From Desulfobulbus propionicus DSM 2032 (GTDB lineage: Bacteria > Desulfobacterota > Desulfobulbia > Desulfobulbales > Desulfobulbaceae), in assembly GCF_000186885.1 (NCBI RefSeq), contig NC_014972.1, forward strand, positions 1,680,001 through 1,712,000: a stretch of DNA of 32,000 nt. Direction: 5' to 3'. Under the pieces are notes generated by a model. It was given only the letters and a program-made list of their open reading frames with translations. It ran no database searches and was not told the DNA's origin. Shown here in pieces: positions 1 through 7,877 of this stretch (its first letter is position 1; every line of letters begins with the position of its first letter). The translations under genes and the position numbers were made by a program.

Positions 1-224
1 CGTCTACCGCTGTCCTTGTAAAAGGGAAGGGTGTCGACATGGACCGTGACAATGCCGTAGCCCAGCCGATGGGCCACATTGAGGGCATAGTCCATGACAT
101 GCTCGGACAGGTGTCCGTTGCGCGTCACCACGAGAATGTAAGGACGATCCTGATGGTGCTCGACCCGGTGGTCGAGGAGGGGCGGGGAGGAGGCTGACGG
201 ATCACGCCTCTCTATGGCAACCAT
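1..224 (-). CDS. hypothetical protein, N-terminal part only (gene runs off the left edge); faint universal-stress-protein-like look
   Basis: Not in the ORF track because it has no stop in the window. Reverse-strand ATG at 224-222 with GGGAGG 6 nt upstream. My translation is stop-free to the edge: MVAIERRDPSASSPPLLDHRVEHHQDRPYILVVTRNGHLSEHVMDYALNVAHRLGYGIVTVHVDTLPFYKDSGR. The family call is weak. Confidence 0.4.
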   Translation of the reverse strand, partial: MVAIERRDPSASSPPLLDHRVEHHQDRPYILVVTRNGHLSEHVMDYALNVAHRLGYGIVTVHVDTLPFYKDSGR

Positions 225-372
225 GTTTCGCCTCCCAGCGGATTGTTTCTCAAGAGTTGAATGGGTTCTGCCCTGCTATACCAAGAACCGTGCCATTGGG
301 GGTTTTTTGCATATCATCCTGATGTGACAATATTTTTTTCTTGTTGTCGATCGGGCGGCCAGGACGACGATT

Positions 373-461
373 GTTGCAAAAAGAAACACTGGTCCGACAA
401 TAGACTATTGAGGCCCTCTGGAGTGTTGCATTGTGCAACTTTTGCTTTGCTGGGCTGCAAC
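373..461. promoter_or_regulatory. candidate operator cluster (GTTGCA / TGCAAC half-sites) in the divergent intergenic region upstream of the REC-Lon gene
   Basis: Perfect 6-3-6 palindrome GTTGCAttgTGCAAC at 425-439. Extra half-sites GTTGCA at 373-378 and TGCAAC at 456-461. Lies between the minus-strand gene ending at 224 and the plus-strand gene starting at 646/715. No binding protein can be assigned. Confidence 0.3.
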
Positions 462-714
462 AGGGGCGGGTGCAAGGACGTCCTTGGCAGGGGGTGTCAA
501 GGGCGGTGGAAGCGGCAGGAATCGTTGTTTTGCTCCCTGATCAGGGGGAAGCCCGGTCGATGCCAGACTTCGATAAGGCATTAGTCTTGCAAAAATTCTC
601 CTGTCGTTTGTATATCCACAGAAGCCGGACGTCCTTTCATCGGGTATGGGCGCCATTCAAGGCCTCCCGGAGGATCATCGTCAATGGACAGTCAAACAAT
701 ACGGGGAAATCGAT

Positions 715-2862
715 ATGTTTTTTAAAAAACGGATTGAACCTGCCGAAGAGACCTCTCGGCATCAGACAGCCCCTTCCTCTCCTTCGCCGCTGGATCTGCT
801 GCGCGGCAGGATCAGGGAGGCGCACCTCCCCCATCTGGTCATGGAAGCGGTGACCGGCGAGTTGGAAAAGCTGGAAAAGACGGAACCGGCGGTGGCGGAA
901 TATTCGGTGGGGTTCAACTACATCGAACTGGTGCTCAGTCTGCCGTGGAATGTCTCGTCACAGTGCACCTTCGATCTGGAGCGGGCGCAGCGTGTTCTCG
1001 ATACCCGCCATTACGGCCTGGCCCAGGTCAAACAACGCATTCTCGAGTTCTTGGCGGCCAAAACCCTGTGCAGCAAGGCACGGCAGTCCATCTTGATTGT
1101 CGATGACGAGGAAATCGCCCGCGCCAACATGGAGCATGTGCTCAAGAAGGAAGGCTATGCGTGCCATTGCGCCAGCCACGGTGCCGAGGCCCTGGAGATC
1201 ATGGCGCGCGAGGATATCGACTTGATCATCACCGATCTGAAGATGGAGCGGATGGATGGCATCGAGCTGCTGCAGCATGTCAACCGGACCTCGCCCGAGA
1301 TCCCGGTGATCATGGTCACTGGGTTCGCCACGGTCAGTTCGGCGGTGGACGCCCTGAAAAAGGGCGCGGCCCACTATCTGGGCAAGCCGGTCAACCTTGA
1401 TGAGTTGCGCAAGACGGTCAAGGAGGTGCTGGAGAAGAAATTGTTCGTGCAGATGGGCAAGGGACCGATCCTCTGCTTCACCGGCCCTCCGGGCACAGGC
1501 AAGACCTCGGTGGGCAAGGCGATCGCCGAGGCGTTGCAGCGCCAGTTCATCCGCATTTCCCTAGCCGGCCTGCGCGACGAGGCGGAACTGCGCGGCCACC
1601 GGCGGACCTATGTCGGCGCCCTGCCCGGACGGGTGATCACCGAGCTGAAGCGGGCCGGGGTCAACAATCCGGTGCTGATGCTCGATGAAATCGACAAAAT
1701 CGGCCAGGATTTCCGTGGCGATCCCGCCTCGGTCCTCCTTGAGGTGCTCGATCCGGAACAGAACACCCATTTCACCGACCATTATCTCGAACTGCCCTTT
1801 GATTTGTCGCGGGTCATGTTCATCGCCACGGCCAACGATGTGTCCACTCTGCCCCGGCCGCTGCTCGATCGCATGGAGTGCATCGAATTCTCGGGCTACA
1901 CGGAAAAGGAAAAACTGCATATCGCGCAACAGTTCATCCTCCCCCGTCAACTCAAGCTCGCCGGGCTGTCCAAATTCTCTGTCGCTTTCACGTCCGAGGC
2001 CCTGTCCCGGGTTATCAACGACTACACCCGGGAATCGGGATTGCGGAACCTGGAACGGCAGATTTCCGATATTTGCCGGAAAATAGCCATGATGTGCCTC
2101 AAGTCCACCTCCGGACAGGAAGAGCCGGGTCAGGTCGATGCCGCGACGGTGAGCAGGCTGCTCGGCCCGCGAAAATTCTACCGCGAGGCCGCGGAGGCGG
2201 TGCCCCAGGTCGGCGTGGCCACGGGGATGGTGTGGGCGGAGACCGGGGGCGAGATTATCAGTGTCGAGACGGCGCGGATGCCGGGCTCCGGGACCCTGTT
2301 GCTTACCGGTTCCTTGGGGGAGGTGCTGCGGGAGTCGGCGCAAACGGTTCTCAGTTTTCTGCGCAGCAAGAGTGAGGCGTTCGGGATTGCCGCCGATTTT
2401 TACCAGCACAGCGATTTGCATGTACACTTTCCCTCCGGGGCCATTCCCAAGGACGGACCATCGGCAGGGGTGACCATCTTTGCCGCCCTGCTGTCGCTGC
2501 TCACCGGCCGCCCGGCTAGGAGGGATGTGGCCATGACCGGCGAGATGACCCTCACCGGCCGCATCCTGCCGGTCAACGGCATTCGCGAGAAAGTATTGGC
2601 CGCCAAACGGGCCGGGGTGCGGGTGGTGCTGCTGCCGCTGGCCAATCGGGAGGAGGTGGAGGCCCTGGAGGGTGACGTTGTCGCGGGGGTGCGGGTGCTC
2701 TTGGTGGCAAACGCCGCCGAACTGCTGGAGCCGCTGTTCGCGCCGCCTGGGTCGGAGGAGGAAAAAACGCCCGCCTCAGGCGTCGGGATGTTCCAGACCG
2801 TATCGCTTGATCTTGCGCCACAGCGAAACCCGGTCGATCCCGAGAATCCTGACCGCGGCTGA
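715..2862 (+). CDS. Lon-family ATP-dependent serine protease with an inserted response-regulator receiver (REC) domain; canonical Lon N-terminal substrate domain absent
   Basis: ORF track gives 646-2862. I prefer the ATG at 715 (GGGGAA about 9 nt upstream; no SD before 646). Motifs in order: LSLPWN..HYGLAQVKQRILEFL; REC (ILIVDDEE, IITDLKM, MVTG, LGKP; about 1087-1440); Walker A GPPGTGKTS; Walker B LMLDEIDK; protease PKDGPSAGV (Ser codon 2461-2463); catalytic Lys in REKVLAAKRAG. Confidence 0.9.
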   Translation: MFFKKRIEPAEETSRHQTAPSSPSPLDLLRGRIREAHLPHLVMEAVTGELEKLEKTEPAVAEYSVGFNYIELVLSLPWNVSSQCTFDLERAQRVLDTRHYGLAQVKQRILEFLAAKTLCSKARQSILIVDDEEIARANMEHVLKKEGYACHCASHGAEALEIMAREDIDLIITDLKMERMDGIELLQHVNRTSPEIPVIMVTGFATVSSAVDALKKGAAHYLGKPVNLDELRKTVKEVLEKKLFVQMGKGPILCFTGPPGTGKTSVGKAIAEALQRQFIRISLAGLRDEAELRGHRRTYVGALPGRVITELKRAGVNNPVLMLDEIDKIGQDFRGDPASVLLEVLDPEQNTHFTDHYLELPFDLSRVMFIATANDVSTLPRPLLDRMECIEFSGYTEKEKLHIAQQFILPRQLKLAGLSKFSVAFTSEALSRVINDYTRESGLRNLERQISDICRKIAMMCLKSTSGQEEPGQVDAATVSRLLGPRKFYREAAEAVPQVGVATGMVWAETGGEIISVETARMPGSGTLLLTGSLGEVLRESAQTVLSFLRSKSEAFGIAADFYQHSDLHVHFPSGAIPKDGPSAGVTIFAALLSLLTGRPARRDVAMTGEMTLTGRILPVNGIREKVLAAKRAGVRVVLLPLANREEVEALEGDVVAGVRVLLVANAAELLEPLFAPPGSEEEKTPASGVGMFQTVSLDLAPQRNPVDPENPDRG

Positions 2863-4137
2863 CTTGTTGCCCTCCACCTCGTCGAGCACCTCGAGGATGT
2901 AGCGTTTCTCGTGCTCTTCCAGGGTGGGCCAGTCCTCGCGGCTGTCGCGGATGGTCAGGTGTTCGGTGCCGCCCAACACGCTGGCAATGTGCCGTGGTTC
3001 GACGATATCGCTGTCGCAGGCGATGAGAATGCGCTGGGCGATATTTTCCAGTTCCCGGATATTGCCGGGATAATCGTAGCGCATCAGTTGTTTTTCCGCC
3101 TCGGGCGCTAACCGGGGCACCGGCCGCCCCAGACGGATGTGTTTGGCCAGGAAATGCTGGGCCAACAGGGGAATGTCCTCCTTGCGCTCGGCCAGGGAAG
3201 GAACGGCGATGGTCAGCACATCCAGCCGATAGTAGAGGTCGGCGCGGAAACCGCCGCTCTCGGTTTCCCGTTTCAAATCCTTGTTGGTGGCGGCCAGCAC
3301 CCTGAAGTCCACCGGTATCTCCGAGGTCCCGCCCACCCGCAGCAGGGTGCGTTCTTGGAGAACCCGCAGCAGCTTCACCTGCATGGAAAGCGGCAATTCC
3401 CCCACCTCGTCGAAAAAGACCGTGCCGCCTTCGGCCATCTCCAGCAGCCCCTTCTTGCTCTTGTTGGCCCCGGTAAAGGCGCCGCGCTCATACCCGAACA
3501 GTTCGCTGGTGATCAGCTCCTCGGTGAACACGCCGCAGTTGAAGGCGACAAAGCGCTTTTTGTTCCGGGGGCTCAGTTCATGGATGGTCCGGGCGACCAG
3601 TTCCTTGCCGGTGCCGGTTTCTCCCTGGATGAGCACATTGCAGTCAAGCTGCGACACCTGATGGATGGTTTCGCGCAGCGCTTGGATTTTCGGACTTTGG
3701 CCGACGATGCGCATCGTGCCTTTGTGCGCGTCCACCTGCTCGCGCAGGCGGTGGAGCTCCTTGCGCAGCTGATTTTTTTCCAGGGCCTTGTCGACGACGG
3801 CGCGCAGTTCATTGATCTTGAACGGCTTGGCCACGTAATGGTAGGCCCCGCGCCGCATGGCTTCGACCGCGGTGTCCACGCTGGCATGGCCGGTGATCAC
3901 CACCACCTCCACCGCTGGCCAGCGCTGTTTGGCTTCATCGAGCACCGCCATGCCGTCCTTGCCCGGCATGCACAGATCGGTGAGCACCAGATCCACCTCC
4001 TGCTTTTTGAGGAGATCGATCGCCTGCTGCCCGTCCGCGGCCACCAGGGCGGTGTGGCCGTCCTTGCCCACGATGTGGGCCAGATTGTCACGGGCGATGG
4101 GTTCGTCGTCGACGATGAGAATTTTCCGTTGGTTCAT
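2776..4137 (-). CDS. sigma-54-dependent Fis-family response regulator (NtrC type: REC + AAA+ + HTH)
   Basis: 453 aa. Receiver ILIVDDEP..DLVLTDLCMPGKDG; Walker A GETGTGKE; sigma-54 contact loop GAFTGA; ESGGFRADLYYRL; C-terminal Fis-type HTH (AAVRILGIDRVSLWRKIKRYGL). Its start overlaps the kinase stop (4134-4137). Confidence 0.93.
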   Translation of the reverse strand: MNQRKILIVDDEPIARDNLAHIVGKDGHTALVAADGQQAIDLLKKQEVDLVLTDLCMPGKDGMAVLDEAKQRWPAVEVVVITGHASVDTAVEAMRRGAYHYVAKPFKINELRAVVDKALEKNQLRKELHRLREQVDAHKGTMRIVGQSPKIQALRETIHQVSQLDCNVLIQGETGTGKELVARTIHELSPRNKKRFVAFNCGVFTEELITSELFGYERGAFTGANKSKKGLLEMAEGGTVFFDEVGELPLSMQVKLLRVLQERTLLRVGGTSEIPVDFRVLAATNKDLKRETESGGFRADLYYRLDVLTIAVPSLAERKEDIPLLAQHFLAKHIRLGRPVPRLAPEAEKQLMRYDYPGNIRELENIAQRILIACDSDIVEPRHIASVLGGTEHLTIRDSREDWPTLEEHEKRYILEVLDEVEGNKSAAVRILGIDRVSLWRKIKRYGLEHPDA

Positions 4138-5579
4138 GCCGTGGGGAGTAAGGAGTCTTTCGGGCCGGGAAAGGGCAGGCGGATGACAAAGGATGTACCC
4201 TGCCCGGGAGTGCTTTGCACGGTAATAGTGCCCTGATGTTTTTGAATGATGCCGTAGACCACCGAAAGCCCGAGCCCGGTGCCTTGTCCCGCCTCTTTGG
4301 TGGTGAAGAAGGGATCGAAGACTCGTGCCTGGTTTTCTTCCGAGATACCTGCGCCGGTGTCGCTGACCTCGATGACTACTTCGTCGGCCGCTGCATCGAG
4401 GGCAGCCTCGATGCTGATCCTGCCCTCGCCTTCGATGGCCTGGGCCGCGTTAATGATCAGGTTGATGAACACCTCCTGCATCCGCTGGACATCGATGGAG
4501 AAAACCAGATCCCGGGGGATGTCGATGGTCATGGCGATCTGCGGCGGCACCTGACTCTTGGCGAGAAGCACCGCCTTGCTGACCACCTCGGCCAACTGTA
4601 TCTCCCGCAGGCAGAAATCCTGGGCGCGCGAGAATTCCAGCAGGCTTTTGACCACGTCCCTGGCCCGCAGCGTTTCCTGGTCGATATTGGTGAGCATGCG
4701 CTTGAGCAGAGGGACGTCGCCGCTGTCGAATTCGTCCACCGCGATCTGGCAGGAGGTGGAGATGTTGTTCAATGGGTTGTTGAGCTGGTGGGCCACACCG
4801 GCGGTCAGGGTGCCCAGGGAGGAGAGCTTTTCCGCCTGGATGAGCTGGTCTTGCCGCCGTTCCAGTTCGGACACCATGATATTGAAGGTCTCCATGACCT
4901 GCTGGATCTCGTCCCGGGTGTTGATCACCTCGATCTTGCGGAATTTTCCCTGGGCAATGGCCTCGGTGGCCTTCTTGATCACCGACAGCGGCTTGAAAAT
5001 GAGGTAGACGATGAGCAGCGACAGCATGATGCCGATAAATATCGCCACCGACGACCAGGAAATAAGCTGGTTGCGCAAGGTTATCACCATGAGGTGTATT
5101 TGATTTTTTTCAAAGGTGACGATGTGCTCGCTGAGTTCCGACAGAATTTTTCCTTGCTGTCGTATGGTATTGGACGTTTCATTGTGGCTGATGTTCGCTT
5201 GATCCTGGGATTTGATCAATGAGGTTATATTTTGAATATAGAGATTAATTTCATTGATAAGATGATGTAACTTCGGATTGATGAAAAATCCTTTGTCGGT
5301 ATTGATGATTTTTTGACATGTTTCGATGGTGCTGTGCATCATCCGCAAATTTTCGTTCAGTGATTCCTTGTTGCCGTACAAGAAATAATTTTTTTCGTGG
5401 CGTCGCGCTTCAAGCACGTTGTTCTGGATCTCGTACGAAAGTTCCAGGACTCCTATCTTTTTCTCGGTGGCGACAAGATCGTCATGGGAAACGTAGGCCA
5501 TCATCATGATGGCACCAATATAAAAAACCAGGACGGCCAGTATTTTTTGGCTCAGTCCAAAAGCGAGAGGTTTCTGCAT
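4134..5579 (-). CDS. sensor histidine kinase (two TM segments flanking a helical extracytoplasmic sensor, HAMP, HisKA, HATPase_c)
   Basis: 481 aa. Hydrophobic segments ILAVLVFYIGAIMMMAY and VAIFIGIMLSLLIVYLIF; H-box GVAHQLNNPLN; ATPase boxes INLIINAAQA, DTGAGI, GTGLGLS. Confidence 0.9.
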   Translation of the reverse strand: MQKPLAFGLSQKILAVLVFYIGAIMMMAYVSHDDLVATEKKIGVLELSYEIQNNVLEARRHEKNYFLYGNKESLNENLRMMHSTIETCQKIINTDKGFFINPKLHHLINEINLYIQNITSLIKSQDQANISHNETSNTIRQQGKILSELSEHIVTFEKNQIHLMVITLRNQLISWSSVAIFIGIMLSLLIVYLIFKPLSVIKKATEAIAQGKFRKIEVINTRDEIQQVMETFNIMVSELERRQDQLIQAEKLSSLGTLTAGVAHQLNNPLNNISTSCQIAVDEFDSGDVPLLKRMLTNIDQETLRARDVVKSLLEFSRAQDFCLREIQLAEVVSKAVLLAKSQVPPQIAMTIDIPRDLVFSIDVQRMQEVFINLIINAAQAIEGEGRISIEAALDAAADEVVIEVSDTGAGISEENQARVFDPFFTTKEAGQGTGLGLSVVYGIIQKHQGTITVQSTPGQGTSFVIRLPFPGPKDSLLPTA

Positions 5580-5640
5580 GGCGGCCTCCTTGGGTGTTGC
5601 CGTTTGTGCGTGCGCATGGGGCCCTGGTGAGCGATTCTCT

Positions 5641-6747
5641 TCAATACATCCGGTGACGGAACAGCCAGGTGGCCAGGCTGAGGGTGATCAGGGCGATGAG
5701 CGACATCGGCCAGAGATCGTGGATAAAGTATTCGAGCCCGGCCCCTTCGAGGAACACCCGGCGGACGATGGACAGGAAATAACGCATCGGATCGAGGTAG
5801 GTCAAGGTCTGCATGAACGGCGGCATGTTGGCGATCGGGGTGGAGAAGCCGGAGAGGATCACCGCCGGCACGATGAAGAGAAAGGAGCCGAGCAGGGCTT
5901 GCTGCAGGGTGGCGGAAAACGACGAGATCATCAACCCCACGCCGATGATGGAGAGCACGTAGATGATCAGTGCCGGATAGAGCACGCTCAACTTGCCGAC
6001 CAGCGGCACCTCGAACCAGAACACGGTCACCGCGATGATCAGCGAGGCCTCGCCCACGCCGACGATCAATCCGGGCATGGCCTTGCCGATCAGGATCTCC
6101 CAGGGGTGGAGGGGCGTGACCAGCAACTGGTCAAAGGTGCCGGCCTCGCGCTCGCGGGCCACCGACAAGGAGGTCACCACCAGGGTGACGATCATGGCCA
6201 GCAGGGCGACAATGCCGGGAACGATGAACCAGCGGCTCTCCAGGTTCGGGTTGAACCAGGCGCGGATGTTGAGCCGGGCCGGCAAGCTGGTGCCGTTCAC
6301 TTCGGCCCGTTCCTCGTTGAAGTCGGTGACAATGGTGCGCACGTAGTTGAGCGCCAGCATAGCGGTGTTGGAGTTGCGGCCGTCGATCAGCACCTGCAGC
6401 GGGCAGCCGTCGCCGCCCAGCGCCTCCTGTGCACACTGTTCTCCGATGTGCAGGACCAGGAGCGCTCCACGGCGGTCGATCAGGGGCGCGATCTCGGCCG
6501 TTGACCGCAGATACCCCACTATTTTGAAGCCTGGCGAGCGCTCGAACCGGGCCGCCAGATCGCGGGAAAACACCCCCCCATCCTCGTTGAGGATCGCCAG
6601 CTTGGCATCCTCCAGGTCAAAGGTGGCGGCATAACCGAACACCAAGAGCTGCAGGATCGGCGGCACGATCACCGCCATGCGGCTTTTCTTGTCGCGAAAC
6701 AGGGCGAGGAATTCCTTGATGATCAGGGCAAGCAGACGGGCACCCAT
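5641..6747 (-). CDS. ABC-2 type transporter permease (YbhR/YbhS-like)
   Basis: The track lists one 793-aa ORF (5641-8022). The believable protein starts at the ATG at 6747 (MGARLLALIIKEFLALFRDKKS...), 369 aa, hydrophobic, with a large first extracytoplasmic loop as in ABC-2 permeases. The upstream part of the long ORF overlaps the next permease gene in another frame. Confidence 0.85.
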   Translation of the reverse strand: MGARLLALIIKEFLALFRDKKSRMAVIVPPILQLLVFGYAATFDLEDAKLAILNEDGGVFSRDLAARFERSPGFKIVGYLRSTAEIAPLIDRRGALLVLHIGEQCAQEALGGDGCPLQVLIDGRNSNTAMLALNYVRTIVTDFNEERAEVNGTSLPARLNIRAWFNPNLESRWFIVPGIVALLAMIVTLVVTSLSVAREREAGTFDQLLVTPLHPWEILIGKAMPGLIVGVGEASLIIAVTVFWFEVPLVGKLSVLYPALIIYVLSIIGVGLMISSFSATLQQALLGSFLFIVPAVILSGFSTPIANMPPFMQTLTYLDPMRYFLSIVRRVFLEGAGLEYFIHDLWPMSLIALITLSLATWLFRHRMY

Positions 6748-6752
6748 AACGA

Positions 6753-7877
6753 TTATTCCAGTTTTTTTCGGGTTTTTCGGTAAACGATACCGTGAAAAAA
6801 CAGGCCCATGGCCACCAGCGCGGCCGCATTGGGCAGCACCACGCTCCACACGTCGCCCACCAGGAACAGGGTTTGGAGAATGGAGACGTAGTAGCGGGCC
6901 GCGATCAGGTGGGTGAGCATCTGGATCACCGGCGGCGCGCTCTGGATGTCGAAGATGAAGCCCGAGAGAATGAAGGCCGGAAGAAAGGTGGAGACCATGG
7001 CCACCAGCGCGGCCACGAATTGAGAGCGGAAAATGGTGGAAATGAAAAAGCCCATGCCCAGCGCCACCCAGAGAAACAGGGCCGAGGTGGCCAGCAGCAG
7101 CCACAGCGAGCCACGCAGCGGCACATGGAAGAGAAAGCGGGCCATCACCAGCGACAGCAGCAGGCCGCCCATGCCGAGGATGAAATAGGGGATCAGTTTG
7201 CCCACCAGGATCTCCGGAGCGGAGATGCGGGTGACCAGCAAGGCCTCCATGGTGCCGCGCTCCCACTCGCGGGCAATCACCAGGGCGGTGAGCAGGGCGC
7301 CGATCAGGGTCATGATCACCGCCAGCACCCCGGGGACGAGGAAATCGGTGGAGCGCACCTGCGGATTGTACCAGACGCGCTGCTCCAAGCGTACCGGCGC
7401 CTGCAGCTGTCTGCCGGCCCGTTCGGCTTGCTGCTCCAGCCAGCCGAACCAAATCCCCTGAACATAGCCTTCGATCAGGCGGGCGGTGTTGGCATCGACC
7501 CCGTTGACAATCACCCCGATGGGCGGTGAATCCTTGCGCAGATACTCGCGGCCGAAGGTATGGCGCAGCCAGATGATGCCGTCCACTCGGTTTTCCCGCA
7601 GCGCGGTTTCCGCCTCCTGAATCGAGGGGAACGATTCGGGTGCGAAATAGGGAGTCTGAAAAAAGCTGCCGGCAAAGCTCTGCGACTGGCTGTCGGCCTG
7701 TTCGACCACCAGCCCGATGCGCACGTCCCTGGCGTCCAGGGACACGCCGTAGCCGAAAATGAGCAGCAGCAGCATCGGCAGAAAAAAAGCAATGGCAATG
7801 CTGGAGGGGTCGCGGATGACCTGGAGCCATTCCTTGCGGATCATGCCCCCCAGGCGCATCCGCCGTCCTGGATTCAT
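6753..7877 (-). CDS. ABC-2 type transporter permease (YbhS/YbhR-like), paralogue of the downstream permease
   Basis: 374 aa, MNPGRRMRLGGMIRKEWLQVIRDPSSIAIAFFLPMLLLLIFGYG... Same architecture as 5641-6747. Its start overlaps the ATPase stop (7874-7877). Confidence 0.88.
   Translation of the reverse strand: MNPGRRMRLGGMIRKEWLQVIRDPSSIAIAFFLPMLLLLIFGYGVSLDARDVRIGLVVEQADSQSQSFAGSFFQTPYFAPESFPSIQEAETALRENRVDGIIWLRHTFGREYLRKDSPPIGVIVNGVDANTARLIEGYVQGIWFGWLEQQAERAGRQLQAPVRLEQRVWYNPQVRSTDFLVPGVLAVIMTLIGALLTALVIAREWERGTMEALLVTRISAPEILVGKLIPYFILGMGGLLLSLVMARFLFHVPLRGSLWLLLATSALFLWVALGMGFFISTIFRSQFVAALVAMVSTFLPAFILSGFIFDIQSAPPVIQMLTHLIAARYYVSILQTLFLVGDVWSVVLPNAAALVAMGLFFHGIVYRKTRKKLE

Noticed and set aside
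250-853. Small overlapping ORFs in the region upstream of the Lon gene (250-438, 261-584, 405-656, 431-853, 637-834).
   Set aside because: They overlap one another in different frames, have no SD, and have Cys/Arg-rich or low-complexity translations. The region is better explained as a divergent promoter.
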